Positions 7,532 to 17,910 of a DNA stretch of 64,000 nt are shown piece by piece. A program made the position numbers and the translations under genes. The stretch comes from a virus. The notes under the pieces were generated by a model. That model saw only the letters and a program-made list of their open reading frames with translations. It had not been told where the DNA came from and searched no databases. The stretch lies in IMG/VR virus record IMGVR_UViG_3300025141_015556, one strand, 5' to 3'. Within the stretch, counting starts at the first letter, position 1. Each line of letters starts with the position of its first letter.

Positions 7532-10500
7532 TCATTCAGTACCGGGGCCCCCATCGCGAATGCGGTACGCTTCGGCGTGGTCGCCGGCGGCGAGGAGGTC
7601 GAGGACGCGGCCCCTCCACTGCGCATTGGTCTCCCTATAGAAGGGGCTGTGTTGTGGTCGATCGACAAACTCTGGGCCGGTCCTCAACGGGTCCCAAGGA
7701 TCATTAGGATTATATGCGTCTGTGGTGGCGCCACTCTGATCTCCGCGGCCGCCGCCGCCGAACTCCAATAGATCGGTGGTGAAGCCCCCTGCTGCATTGA
7801 CGAAAGAGCCCGGGCGATCGGTCTGCCCACCAGAAAAAGGGTCATAAAACCCTGATATTTCACCAGTAGTTTGCGATGGATCTCGGGCTCTACCGTATTG
7901 CTCTAAGAGTCGATCATAAATAAACCACTCTCCGTTCGCGGCCTCTATGGGCACAAATCGCTCTTCATCGCGGGTGAAGTCCGGCAGGTCCGTGGCCATG
8001 GTATACCCCTCTTCTCTTTCTCGAGAAAGAGAAACTTCTCTTTCTCTTTGTTTCTCTTCTTGTTGTTTCCTCTCCCTTTCTTTTTCTCTCTCCTTGTATC
8101 TTTTTATCTCTTCTTTGGTTGGTGGCGGTTTTTTAGTAGGCGCTTTCTTCTTCTTCTTCTTCTCTTTCTTTTTCTCCTCTTGCTTCTTCTTGGTCTTGGT
8201 CGGTTCTTGCTCTTCGATCTGTTCTTCTTCTCGATCGTCCCCGGTTTCCTCTTGTGCGGTCGTTTGTGCATCGGGCTTGCGCATTGCTTCGTGGAGCGCC
8301 TCGGCTGTAACGCTAAAACCATTCTCATCAATCCTATGAGTTACGCCAGTAACCAGAAAATAACCACCTAGGCCCAACATCCTTGCAAGATTGGGAAAGC
8401 CGCGGCTTTGAGGCGAACCAAGCCCCATCAAAGAGGGGTTGATAAAGATGTATTGACCATTTTTCAAAAGCGTGTTTCCAACCATATTTAATGTGGCTCC
8501 ATAGTATTCTCTTAATTGAGCGGGCCCCAAAGTTCCTTGCCTTTGAATTTTTGCCTCACGAAGATATGGCTGATCTTGTCTATTAAATGTGATCTTTTTA
8601 ACAAGGCCTGACGAAGCGCCCAAATAAAAATGATAAATTCCCTGAGCTAAATCGTCGGCGGGATTATCTAAACCGGGCGCTTGTGGTAACGAGTCTGTAG
8701 AATAAACAAATAGAGAAGGCACTCCAGAGGGGGCTCGTCGGAATCCCGATGTCCGCCCCTTGGACTGCACGTGCCGCAAGTTTTCGCCCAGTCGATACTC
8801 CCCCTTCGCGATGGCTCGGCGGGCTCGGGTTAACGTCGTGGTCTTTCCTCGAAATTTATGGCCATCCAGGACGACAAACTCATTAACGGCAAATCTAGTT
8901 GGTACATACGGAATGCCGGGAAAACAGCCAGGCCCCAGAGCCTGTGAAACTAAACCAGCTAAAATGTCTTTTACAAAAAAATCTAAATAATATTTTACTC
9001 TATCCTTTTTAATAACATTTTGCAAAAACCATTCATTAAAAGCATTTAAAGAAATGGGGATATGACTTATAAGCATTTGTTCAACGATTCCAAGTCGTCC
9101 TAAATTGCTTAATGGTTCTAGTTTCGAAACTATTCTGGAAACATCTATCTTTCGCAGGCCTTCGCAGTCAGCCTTCCTATGAATATTTTTTACACTATAC
9201 GCCACCAACGGGTCAACCAACTCAAGAGTTCCCAAAAAAATAGAAAAAACGCCGGCATGCAACTGCTTCTTAAGATGGGGCTGCTCCAATACTGAGGATA
9301 TAAGATCCCCCAAATACATATAATGGATGTCAACTACATCTTCTGGAGTTGCGCTTTGTATGGTGTTAATAGATTGTCCCAACTGATCCTTCGTTTTGCT
9401 ATCAATCGGCCCAGTAACATTTTCTAAAGCCAAATAGAGCGGATTTGTTTGTTGATTTAACCCAGTTCGACCGCCAGGATTAATTGTATAGCCGGTCGCA
9501 CCTCCAGCAGCAAGCCCCTGACGTTTTTTGGCTCGTTCCTCACGTCCCTTCGGACTTAAATCTTTCCACGGGGTCAGCAACAATTCGCTCATTGGCACTC
9601 TGACGGTGTTAACAAGGCCGCTTTTAAAGAGATTACCCAAAAGGCGCCGATACCTGACAATTTTATCCTCAGACTCTGCGCTTTCTCGGTCATTTAACAA
9701 TTTTTCATACTTTGCCTCTTGGCGAGCGCTCAGCTTTTTTTTCTCATCCATGCTTATGGCTCGCAGCTGAGACAGCTCAGAGTTTGGATCCGAAAAAGGA
9801 TTTTCAATTGCCGCCTTATTGGCAAGCAAATCGGCGCGTTGAGATCTCATAATGCCGGAGAGCGCTCCTTGATAATTAACCACAAGGGTAACCGATCCGT
9901 CATCATTAATATCAATTTCGTGGCGCGCCAGTTGTAAAAAGAGTGTTGTCCTCTGATTGATCAACGCAAGATTTAACTGTTTAACTTGGGCCGAGGTCAG
10001 ATCGCCTATGGCCCTCATGGCTTCTTCATCGGGAATGGCCCATCCAACAACCGCTTTAATTCTGTAATAAACTCCGTCATATATTTTTCTGGGGTTGTCG
10101 AAACATGCGAACGCCTTCTCGCCGATATCACCAATCTTTGGATCTACTATATTTGGAATGGTCTCTGGCGCCATAATTAAATCCAAAAATGCTGGATTCG
10201 CCAGGCCGGCTTGCCAATCTTTTAGTTTTCCTCCGGCTATTTGTTCCATCGTGGGCCTAAAAAGATCATACATGCTTTGAAAGTGTACGGTCAAAGTGGC
10301 TACTATATTATTATCGACCTCGGCAGGCTGCACTCCTTGGAGCGTCCACTCGAAACTTTTCAGGCCGGCGCCGGCTTGGCGCCCTATCTTTCCATCCAAC
10401 ATCTCTTTTATATCATCAGGCTCAGTATGGCTTTTAAATGGAAGAGCGGTTTGACCTTTGGGTAATAGCGGATCCTCTTTATCGTATATTACTCGATAAA

Positions 10501-12229
10501 GTCTTATGTACGGCACGAGAAGAGCATGTTGTGCTGGCGTTAAATTTAATATTGCCTCTGTTGATGTATTATTTGTTTTTGGATCTCCATGTTGCAATTG
10601 GGAAACTATATTACCGGGAGGAGCACTTAAATTAGCGATGTTTGGATATCGTCGAGCTTTTGCTGCAGCTGTAATGCTTCGTATGTTCTCGATCAAAAAA
10701 CACTGCTGGTCCCACACCGTAACTGCCTTCGGAATCTCCTCGACTGGCTCGGGGTCGATCACTACCTCGCCTCGGGTTTCGCCAAAGCCCTCGCGAGCCG
10801 CCCGATTCTGTTGCTGTTCCTCAAGCATGGCCTGCATATCCTCGGCGATCTCGAGAATCCCAATATGCTTATATACTCTTATTAATGCTTTAAATACTTC
10901 ATGGAACTGATCATTAAATGTAGCAGATTTATATATATCCGAGTCGCCGATGAGGGACGTGAAGGACCAAAAAGAGTCCCAATTGGTTTCTACCTTGTCC
11001 ATCCAGCCTGCAAGCTCATCGTCCTTGGTGATGATTGCGACACCGTTTTCGTCCCTCCACCCGGCCGTCTGAAGCGCAAAGTCGCGGTCTATAAATGTGT
11101 GGCTTGACGTGGTGCGTGCTTCTTGCACCCCAGCGGCGAACTCGCGCGTGGGCATCTCCTCGACGTTGGTTCTCCCCGGTTTGAAGAAATCGACCGTGTG
11201 CGCGAAGCTATACTTACCGTCTAAAAAGGCGCGAAGACGGTACATGGCCAGATCCCACGATGCGCGCGCCGATATATCTCCTGCGGCGCCGTTCCATAAT
11301 AGACGCTCGGAAACCTCGCCGGCGGCGCCACCGTATGCTAGATTTAAAATTACAGGAAATGGTATGCCCGTGTTCGGCCTTCGGGACGCGGCCTGGATTT
11401 CCTCAACAACGCGGTAGAAGGTTGGGTCGGCGGTGGCGAGGTAGCTAAGTCCCTTCCACTCCTCGTACTCGGCGGTCTGGGCGACGGATGGCTGGGGGCC
11501 CGGGCGCACTGCACTGAGGCGGTCCCAATAGCCCTCTTGGGGAAAAAAAACATTAGCAAACAAATTACTTTTGAGGGCCCGGGCATATTTCATATCACAC
11601 CAGCCAACGATATGCATGTTATCGCCCTGGAAGGACGCCGAGGCGCCTCCCGTGGAGCTATCCGCACCGTTGGCCATGTTCCATGGCCACCAAACTTCCT
11701 CGGCTGCATCATTTACATCTCGGGTGCCGAAAACAAATCCTAGATTTGGCTCGACAAAGCGATTGAATATGGCTAAAAGTTCAGGCAACAACAAAACCTC
11801 ACCTTCCATATCAACGTTCTCCATATTATTGCCTGGGAGCGGCATGTCCAAAATATTCATCGAAAGATAAGCATCCGTGTGGAGACCATATCTCGTGGGG
11901 GCCCCAAACGGGTATCCATAAATATTATAGTCCAAGTATTCTTGAGTCGCTATAGCGGTCGGGCTGCCCAAAATCCGTGACGCTATTGAAGACGGGGCAA
12001 AGTTGTATGTTACCGCGGAATTGCCGTCAGCACCGACCTTTGGATAAAATGCGTTCTTGTATGCGACTTCTGGTCGCAGCGGCTCCGCTGCAACCGGCGC
12101 TGCTGTGCCAACTGAAGCGTCGTATACGGCGTTTATGAAGCCATTTTCTTTTAACCAGTTATAACCAGCCATCCAAAATCTTTGAAAATTTAGCTTAACA
12201 TTTTGGACATTATCTGTTTGAACGGTCAT
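7532..12229 (-). CDS. Large baseplate hub protein (gp27/late control D-like domain) with charged C-terminal extension
   Basis: ATLNMVGNTLLKNGQYIFIN...GGYFLVTGVTHRIDENGFSV resembles the end of hub proteins; follows tape measure, tube initiator and LysM genes; K/E-rich tail. Confidence 0.6.
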   Translation of the reverse strand: MTVQTDNVQNVKLNFQRFWMAGYNWLKENGFINAVYDASVGTAAPVAAEPLRPEVAYKNAFYPKVGADGNSAVTYNFAPSSIASRILGSPTAIATQEYLDYNIYGYPFGAPTRYGLHTDAYLSMNILDMPLPGNNMENVDMEGEVLLLPELLAIFNRFVEPNLGFVFGTRDVNDAAEEVWWPWNMANGADSSTGGASASFQGDNMHIVGWCDMKYARALKSNLFANVFFPQEGYWDRLSAVRPGPQPSVAQTAEYEEWKGLSYLATADPTFYRVVEEIQAASRRPNTGIPFPVILNLAYGGAAGEVSERLLWNGAAGDISARASWDLAMYRLRAFLDGKYSFAHTVDFFKPGRTNVEEMPTREFAAGVQEARTTSSHTFIDRDFALQTAGWRDENGVAIITKDDELAGWMDKVETNWDSFWSFTSLIGDSDIYKSATFNDQFHEVFKALIRVYKHIGILEIAEDMQAMLEEQQQNRAAREGFGETRGEVVIDPEPVEEIPKAVTVWDQQCFLIENIRSITAAAKARRYPNIANLSAPPGNIVSQLQHGDPKTNNTSTEAILNLTPAQHALLVPYIRLYRVIYDKEDPLLPKGQTALPFKSHTEPDDIKEMLDGKIGRQAGAGLKSFEWTLQGVQPAEVDNNIVATLTVHFQSMYDLFRPTMEQIAGGKLKDWQAGLANPAFLDLIMAPETIPNIVDPKIGDIGEKAFACFDNPRKIYDGVYYRIKAVVGWAIPDEEAMRAIGDLTSAQVKQLNLALINQRTTLFLQLARHEIDINDDGSVTLVVNYQGALSGIMRSQRADLLANKAAIENPFSDPNSELSQLRAISMDEKKKLSARQEAKYEKLLNDRESAESEDKIVRYRRLLGNLFKSGLVNTVRVPMSELLLTPWKDLSPKGREERAKKRQGLAAGGATGYTINPGGRTGLNQQTNPLYLALENVTGPIDSKTKDQLGQSINTIQSATPEDVVDIHYMYLGDLISSVLEQPHLKKQLHAGVFSIFLGTLELVDPLVAYSVKNIHRKADCEGLRKIDVSRIVSKLEPLSNLGRLGIVEQMLISHIPISLNAFNEWFLQNVIKKDRVKYYLDFFVKDILAGLVSQALGPGCFPGIPYVPTRFAVNEFVVLDGHKFRGKTTTLTRARRAIAKGEYRLGENLRHVQSKGRTSGFRRAPSGVPSLFVYSTDSLPQAPGLDNPADDLAQGIYHFYLGASSGLVKKITFNRQDQPYLREAKIQRQGTLGPAQLREYYGATLNMVGNTLLKNGQYIFINPSLMGLGSPQSRGFPNLARMLGLGGYFLVTGVTHRIDENGFSVTAEALHEAMRKPDAQTTAQEETGDDREEEQIEEQEPTKTKKKQEEKKKEKKKKKKAPTKKPPPTKEEIKRYKEREKERERKQQEEKQREREVSLSREREEGYTMATDLPDFTRDEERFVPIEAANGEWFIYDRLLEQYGRARDPSQTTGEISGFYDPFSGGQTDRPGSFVNAAGGFTTDLLEFGGGGRGDQSGATTDAYNPNDPWDPLRTGPEFVDRPQHSPFYRETNAQWRGRVLDLLAAGDHAEAYRIRDGGPGTE

Positions 12230-12248
12230 GTTTTTATCTCACCGGTGA

Positions 12249-12587
12249 TTAAACCCCATAATACTCGAAGGCGCGCTCTAGTGGAAGAGGAATATATACA
12301 AGATCGCCAGTTTTTAAATGTGATTCGGTGGGAGCCTGATTGTACCAGGCTATCACCCACCAATATTTAACGTCTCCATAGTACTCATGTGCTAATTTAT
12401 AAAATCTATCTCCGGTTGACCAAATCCTCTCTGCGGGGATCAAATTTAAAGTCTCTTCGGATGTTGGACTGCTTAATATCTGAGTGGGATATTGTCTTAT
12501 AAAGTTCACGGCGCGCTTTTTAAAAAACTCTTTGTAATGAGAACTTTGGTTTCTCACTATGCCGGAATTATCGTATCTTGAAGTCAT
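12249..12587 (-). CDS. LysM-like baseplate wedge protein (gp53/tail X-like)
   Basis: GDRFYKLAHEYYGDVKYWWVIAWYN...GDLVYIP. Confidence 0.8.
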   Translation of the reverse strand: MTSRYDNSGIVRNQSSHYKEFFKKRAVNFIRQYPTQILSSPTSEETLNLIPAERIWSTGDRFYKLAHEYYGDVKYWWVIAWYNQAPTESHLKTGDLVYIPLPLERAFEYYGV

Positions 12588-12613
12588 AATAGTTATTCCA
12601 TAATTTTAGATTG

Positions 12614-13606
12614 TTATTCGCCCCATAGATTTGAAAAAGCTGACGGGTTTGTGCGGTACTGTTCGAGGGCGTCCTTTCTTGCTCTATGCCACGCGGGCCC
12701 TCGGCGTGGTGGCCGGCCGCCTTGTGCGGTGAAGTCCCTGTTGACGTTCTGCAGCACCAATTTTTCCTGAGCTTGAGTTTCCAAAAGTTGACGTTTTTGC
12801 TGTTCCAGCTCTGAAACGTTAATTCCGGAGGCAGCTAGACCATAGCCGCTAAGAGCAGTGCGCTCTGGATCGGCGGCGAGGGCATGGTCGGTCACACCCG
12901 GTTCGTGCGCGGGGTGAGAGGAACCATCCCATCCGGGCAACGCGGTGTGGATTACCTTAAGATTAAAATTTATTCTCAATAATTGCGGGAACATCTCACC
13001 GTCTTGTAAAAAAAATCCCGAAGCGAAGTCTGGTTGATATGAAAATCCATCGATGTATCCCAGATGGCCGCCCCGGGCGCCCCTGCCGCGGCCCTTGACT
13101 AAGTTTGCCCACCTAACTTTTATGAGCGGTGCTGCTTTCAACGTATTTGAATCACTAAAGCCGCCTTCATTGTAAGTGGGATATAAATATCCCATAAGCT
13201 CGTCAACGTACCCCGTGTTGGCCATGGCTTGGAAAAGGTTGGAAGCTACTATATCAAAAGACATAGAAATCGTTCTTTGTGTGCGCTGAAAAGTTACAAG
13301 GGGGTCCATGCGCCCATAAACCGTTTCCTCCTTCCAAGTAGAACTAAGACTATCGACAAAACTTGTGACCCAGCCAGGAAAACTGACTACGTTCGGGTAC
13401 GTGACACCCTGCGCGCCGGCAATGACGTCATTCTGGCTGCCGGCGGCGATGTATTTAAACGATATTTGCCATAGAGGGTTGTTTGGATCTGCAATAAGAT
13501 TTGGATTGCCACCGCCCTTAGCAGCTTTTTTCAGGTCTTCCTCGCGCCTCTTTTTAATGTTTGCTGCAGCCTGCGAGGGAGATATCGGTTTTGGTGGTAT
13601 GGCCAT
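12614..13606 (-). CDS. Tail tube initiator/baseplate tube-like protein (gp48/gp54-like)
   Basis: STWKEETVYGRMDPLVTFQRTQRTISMSF, YPTY, PLIKVRWANL; lies between tape measure and LysM genes. Confidence 0.65.
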   Translation of the reverse strand: MAIPPKPISPSQAAANIKKRREEDLKKAAKGGGNPNLIADPNNPLWQISFKYIAAGSQNDVIAGAQGVTYPNVVSFPGWVTSFVDSLSSTWKEETVYGRMDPLVTFQRTQRTISMSFDIVASNLFQAMANTGYVDELMGYLYPTYNEGGFSDSNTLKAAPLIKVRWANLVKGRGRGARGGHLGYIDGFSYQPDFASGFFLQDGEMFPQLLRINFNLKVIHTALPGWDGSSHPAHEPGVTDHALAADPERTALSGYGLAASGINVSELEQQKRQLLETQAQEKLVLQNVNRDFTAQGGRPPRRGPAWHRARKDALEQYRTNPSAFSNLWGE

Positions 13607-13624
13607 TTTTTAATTATCCCTGGT

Positions 13625-15820
13625 TCATCCTACACCCTGTGTCACGTGTCTTAACTTGTTCGTGCCATGCTTAACCACGTGAGCCGTGAAGTTTCGATCA
13701 CCAAGCACTATCGTGGCGGGTTGTTTGCTGGATTTTTCGACGGCCGCGGCCACTCTGTTGGACGCTGCGACGCTCTGCGTCAAAAGGTCCCAGTCTTTCT
13801 GGGGGAGGCCTGTAATGCCTGCCTGCGAGGCTGGGGCGCCCGGGGTTGGCATTTGTGCGGGTTGCGAGACACCGCCAGGGCCCATAGAGGTAACAGGGCT
13901 GTGGGGGGGCTGTGCGGCCGCCTGAAGCGCTGACTGTGGAACGACAGTGCTGACACGCGGTATGTTGAGCGGCTGCCTTGAGGTCGGTCCTCCCACTGCC
14001 GCTTGCGTTCGTTGAACTCCTGCCATACCCTGAGCAGCGGCATCTTCCATTTCGTCCATGGCCATATGGCCGGCAATGCCCACGCCGAACATTTTGGCGC
14101 CGCTTACTATCATAGGAACTGCCCACGCCGCTGCGGCGCCTTTGGTCGCAATCAACCCGATTACGCCACCAGCGATCATGGCCGCGCCGGCATATGTCGA
14201 GAAGTATATAATTGCCTTTGTCAATCCATAAATTTCTGCTGCAGCTTGGCCGCTACTTTCTACCATACTCCGGAAGCCTCGCACCATGGGTAAAATGCGT
14301 TCTTCAATTAGAGGCTGCATATCAACCAGCATGGCATTAAATGCTGCTTTTAATTGGTCTATGACCGATTGGGCTTCGGCCGCCTGATCGGCCAATTTCT
14401 TTTGAGCCAATCTTTGTTTCTCAAATTGAGCGGTCGTGGCGCCAAATATTCTATTTGCCTCATCCACGCTAACACCTAGCGCGTCAGCAATTGCCATTCT
14501 TTCAAATCGATTTAGTTCATCAAATTGTAAACCAGCCACATTCGTCAATCTTTGTAGAATAGATATACGCTCTTCATCTGTTGCGTTAAGAAGATCAATT
14601 GAATTCAAATACGGACCGCCAAGAATCGCATTCAAGCGGCCCACTGCCCGGGCAGAATCTTCAAAAGTATCAAATTTGCCAGTAATATTAAGAAGTTGAC
14701 CCATCTCAATGCCCGTCTGCTTAGAGTGTTTTGCGAGCCCTTCAAATACACTCATCATATCTCTACCATATTTGGCCAAAACGGGGGCCGAAGCCGAAAA
14801 ATCTTCTGCCAGTTTGCTAGCGGGGAGCCCAATAGCATCAGAAGTTGCTTTAATCTCAAGTAGCAATTCTTCCGCCTCGGTGGCATTCAGCCCCAGAGAG
14901 CGAGTTGCAATATCTAAATTTTTGGCTGACACAGAACTCGATACGCCGAGTTCCGCTAAGAGTGAAACTGTCTCGCCTATATCTCTTTGTGATGTTTCGC
15001 TTAATTGACTAAATTGAGAAAAACTCGTATATAGATCTGTAACGGCCTGGCCGGCTTCTGCACTATCGACACCATACAATGCCGTGGCGCGTTGAATAGT
15101 GGAAATTGTTTGTCCATATTCCATCCCAGCCCCGGTTGATTTCATAAATTGGGACCGCGCTGTGTCTTGAGCCGCGGCAAGCTTGATCACGGCGCCGGCA
15201 AATCCTAATGCTAGTTCAGCTCCCTTGGCAGAGAGAGAATTGAGGGCACTATTTCTGGTAATAAGGCCTTTAAATCCAGTCGCCACCCCTTTGATTCCGC
15301 CGGCGTGAAGTCGAGCATAAAAGTCTGCCTGTTTAGAGGCGGTAGCGAGGCCGAACATGGTTTCAGCTAGTTCTTTACCAACCTCAATGCCCTCTCTCTG
15401 GTAAACTAACCTTTCTTCTTTGTCGGCGAGCTCGGCTTTGCGGGCTTCCTGCAGCTTCTCCGACAGCTTGAGGAATTCTTCCGATTGCAGTGTTGATTCA
15501 ATTTCTAGCTGAAGCGCCTTTTCGTCCATCTCAAGTTGATAATCAATTTTCTTGTTTATCTCGGTGGTGAAAGCAATTTTTCTCTCAAGAAGCGAAATTT
15601 CATCTTTGAGGACCTTTACCCGGTCCAGGCGCATCACGTCTAATTCGCCCTGAACGTCGCGTTCTCCCTCCTGGGCGGCAACCAAGTCTCGGGTGGCTTC
15701 TGCCTGGTTCGCGATCTCCCGAACCGACATCTGAATTGTTTTAACGTCGTCTTCCGGCGGCTTGTCGGAACCGCCGCCGCCGCCTTCAGGAGACCAATAT
15801 ATTTTATTCCATAAGCTCAT
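13625..15820 (-). CDS. Tail tape measure protein
   Basis: 731 aa, Ala/Leu-rich helical, hydrophobic segment near the C-terminus; position after the tube and chaperone genes. Confidence 0.75.
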   Translation of the reverse strand: MSLWNKIYWSPEGGGGGSDKPPEDDVKTIQMSVREIANQAEATRDLVAAQEGERDVQGELDVMRLDRVKVLKDEISLLERKIAFTTEINKKIDYQLEMDEKALQLEIESTLQSEEFLKLSEKLQEARKAELADKEERLVYQREGIEVGKELAETMFGLATASKQADFYARLHAGGIKGVATGFKGLITRNSALNSLSAKGAELALGFAGAVIKLAAAQDTARSQFMKSTGAGMEYGQTISTIQRATALYGVDSAEAGQAVTDLYTSFSQFSQLSETSQRDIGETVSLLAELGVSSSVSAKNLDIATRSLGLNATEAEELLLEIKATSDAIGLPASKLAEDFSASAPVLAKYGRDMMSVFEGLAKHSKQTGIEMGQLLNITGKFDTFEDSARAVGRLNAILGGPYLNSIDLLNATDEERISILQRLTNVAGLQFDELNRFERMAIADALGVSVDEANRIFGATTAQFEKQRLAQKKLADQAAEAQSVIDQLKAAFNAMLVDMQPLIEERILPMVRGFRSMVESSGQAAAEIYGLTKAIIYFSTYAGAAMIAGGVIGLIATKGAAAAWAVPMIVSGAKMFGVGIAGHMAMDEMEDAAAQGMAGVQRTQAAVGGPTSRQPLNIPRVSTVVPQSALQAAAQPPHSPVTSMGPGGVSQPAQMPTPGAPASQAGITGLPQKDWDLLTQSVAASNRVAAAVEKSSKQPATIVLGDRNFTAHVVKHGTNKLRHVTQGVG

Positions 15821-15831
15821 TAATTAAGTTC

Positions 15832-16206
15832 CTACTTAATTGGCCACAAAATGCCAGTTTTATTCTCAAACTCTTCCACTGCCCGATTTAAAGCATGCCG
15901 AGATTCAAAAGTCTCGGGCGCGCCAAGGCCGTGTTCTATGTAGTCTTTCATATAATTTTTTTCTCTGCGAAGAGTTTTCATAAAAGTTTCTACTTGCGAG
16001 GGGGTACCCACAATTTTAACCTGTGGTTCTGGCTGGCCGTCGGACGATTCTTCAACCTTGTGGCGGCCTGGACTTCCCGCCCCCTCGCCAAACATATGCC
16101 GAAGTAATAATTTCACGAGGCCGCCAAATTGAGCTATGAACGACTCATTTAAAAGCGATGGATTCTTATTTAAATTAATAATTAATTGTTCTTGTTCATG
16201 CGGCAT
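15832..16206 (-). CDS. Hypothetical protein with its own late-type promoter element
   Basis: 124-aa ORF, GAGGG RBS, ACTAATTA at 16230-16237. Confidence 0.7.
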   Translation of the reverse strand: MPHEQEQLIINLNKNPSLLNESFIAQFGGLVKLLLRHMFGEGAGSPGRHKVEESSDGQPEPQVKIVGTPSQVETFMKTLRREKNYMKDYIEHGLGAPETFESRHALNRAVEEFENKTGILWPIK

Positions 16207-16229
16207 CTTTGTCCCTCAAGTTAATATAC

Positions 16230-16237
16230 TAATTAGT
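16230..16237 (-). promoter_or_regulatory. Putative late promoter element ACTAATTA
   Basis: Intergenic copy of the recurring motif. Confidence 0.6.
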
Positions 16238-16257
16238 ATTTGAGGAACAAAATGCAT

Positions 16258-16455
16258 TTAACCACCAAGGTTATAATGAGAAGAATTCTTTTCGCGTGCC
16301 GCTCTTATATTTTCAAATTCTTTAATTAGACGCTCAACAAACCAATGACGTAATTGTATCGGAAGATTATACGCCTCAAAAAAACTCCAACCGCCGTGGT
16401 GTTTCAATATAAACAACTCTTCATATATGGATTCTTGATACTCATCGCTTAGGCC
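16258..16455 (-). CDS. Frameshift-accessed C-terminal extension of the tail assembly chaperone (gpGT/gp51-like; not in ORF track)
   Basis: Open +1 frame directly after a T7 run: GLSDEYQESIYEELFILKHHGGWSFFEAYNLPIQLRHWFVERLIKEFE...; no in-frame ATG; resembles gpT/gp51-type chaperone tails. Confidence 0.7.
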   Translation of the reverse strand, partial: GLSDEYQESIYEELFILKHHGGWSFFEAYNLPIQLRHWFVERLIKEFENIRAAREKNSSHYNLGG

Positions 16456-17299
16456 AAAAAAAGCCTGCAGTCAATGGAACTGCAACCCTCCCATCGTGAT
16501 TACACGATACACAAATAAAATCGTGAGTTAGGTCGACATCGGGACTAATTTTTTCATAAACTGATTTAATATGCACAGAATCCTGAATTGGCAATACTTC
16601 TAAAAATTTATTAATAGTGGCGGCATCTGTTCTACCATTAACAGAAACCACCATTAGCCTTAAAAGATCGGTAGCGATCGAGGAAGGGAGCTTTTGTTTT
16701 CTTTTTCTTTCAGTTCCTTCTGAATATGCCTTTTCTTGGGCGCCCGTCAAAAGGCGCAACTCCACTTGAAGTCCACATTTGGGCAAAACAACAAAATAGG
16801 TATTATTTTCAGATGCGTGCACCTCTTCGGGCACTTCTGAATGATGTACAGTAAGGTTGTCTAGATCGAAATTGACTGATTGCTGAGTGGTACAGACGGG
16901 GCACCCCACTCTTGTTTCATAATGGGGCCCATAGCCCGTTGCGCGCGCTCCAATGATTAGAGCATTTTTGTCACCAACTAAAAGTTCATCTATTTTAATT
17001 GATTTGTCGACTATTAGTGACTGTAATAGTCTATCGATAGCAATTCCTTTTCGCAAAAGACTTTCAGAGGTTAAAATATCCTCTTCTTTTGCAGTCATGT
17101 GTTTGATTTCTACAGAACTTTTACCGTGGAGGGGGTGCCCTTCGGCATAATACCTCCCTTGACTCGGAAGATCAATAAATTCTGTTGGCGTAACAAACGA
17201 AAAGAGATCTTCGTTTTGTTGACTTGTGACTAAGGGAGGGGGGGAAACATCCGGTGCTGGGGCGCCTAGGCCTAGGCGGTCTTCATTGTTTCTTGACAC
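16442..17299 (-). CDS. Tail/baseplate hub assembly chaperone (T4 gp26-like)
   Basis: LPSQGRYY, MTAKEEDIL, LLVGDKNAL..AR..GYG, CPVC and CVSC zinc motifs, ends FFWP. Confidence 0.8.
   Translation of the reverse strand: MSRNNEDRLGLGAPAPDVSPPPLVTSQQNEDLFSFVTPTEFIDLPSQGRYYAEGHPLHGKSSVEIKHMTAKEEDILTSESLLRKGIAIDRLLQSLIVDKSIKIDELLVGDKNALIIGARATGYGPHYETRVGCPVCTTQQSVNFDLDNLTVHHSEVPEEVHASENNTYFVVLPKCGLQVELRLLTGAQEKAYSEGTERKRKQKLPSSIATDLLRLMVVSVNGRTDAATINKFLEVLPIQDSVHIKSVYEKISPDVDLTHDFICVSCNHDGRVAVPLTAGFFWPKR
16456..16462 (-). other. Slippery TTTTTTT heptamer (candidate programmed +1/-2 frameshift site)
   Basis: GGC TTT TTT TGG CCT AAG CGA TGA at the chaperone 3' end; the downstream frame is offset +1. 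Confidence 0.65.
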
Positions 17300-17320
17300 A
17301 TTTACCTCATTTCTTTATTT

Positions 17321-17881
17321 TTAAATATCTAGCGGCGGGCTTGATTCATATGTTGCCCAATCGTAACGAATTGTAATATCCACATTCAAAAGAGCATCGC
17401 CCGTATAATCCAGTGTACCAAATTTTGCACCAGTTATAAAGGCATTATTTAAAATCCATTTGCCAATAAGGGTACCTTCGCCATCCAATTGACGAATAAT
17501 CACATCTCCAATGGCATCATGAGCATTCACTTTATTAACTGTGCCAACCTGCTGTTGAGCACCCTGCAAAGCTGCAGATTGCTGATCGGGTCTGAGATAT
17601 CCTGATTTCGAGAGAGCATCATATAAGAGTGCGTTTCCATCCGGATTGACTGAGTTAACGATAGTGACGGTTACTTCATCCCATGTAACGGTGCCCGGGT
17701 AATGATATTCATTGCCCAAAAACCTGTGGGGCGTTGTAGAGATTGTATATCCCGGCGTAAGCACTGTTTTTGCAAGATAGTCTTCAAAGCTTGCACCATC
17801 CGCTGTAACCAAGTTACTAAAATTAACCAAAAATCTATGTTGTCTCTTGGGCTCCGAAGACGCTAAATTCCAAAATGCCAT
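17321..17881 (-). CDS. gp19: Tail tube protein (gp19-like)
   Basis: EPKRQHRF, YPGTVTWDEVTVT, QLDGEG..IGKWILNNAF, FGTLDY, IRYDWA; directly after the sheath gene. Confidence 0.88.
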   Translation of the reverse strand: MAFWNLASSEPKRQHRFLVNFSNLVTADGASFEDYLAKTVLTPGYTISTTPHRFLGNEYHYPGTVTWDEVTVTIVNSVNPDGNALLYDALSKSGYLRPDQQSAALQGAQQQVGTVNKVNAHDAIGDVIIRQLDGEGTLIGKWILNNAFITGAKFGTLDYTGDALLNVDITIRYDWATYESSPPLDI

Positions 17882-17902
17882 TTTATTCCAATCTCCTCAA
17901 GT

Positions 17903-17910
17903 TAAATAGT
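17903..17910 (-). promoter_or_regulatory. Putative late promoter element ACTATTTA (tail tube)
   Basis: Intergenic, precedes the GAGGAG RBS. Confidence 0.65.
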
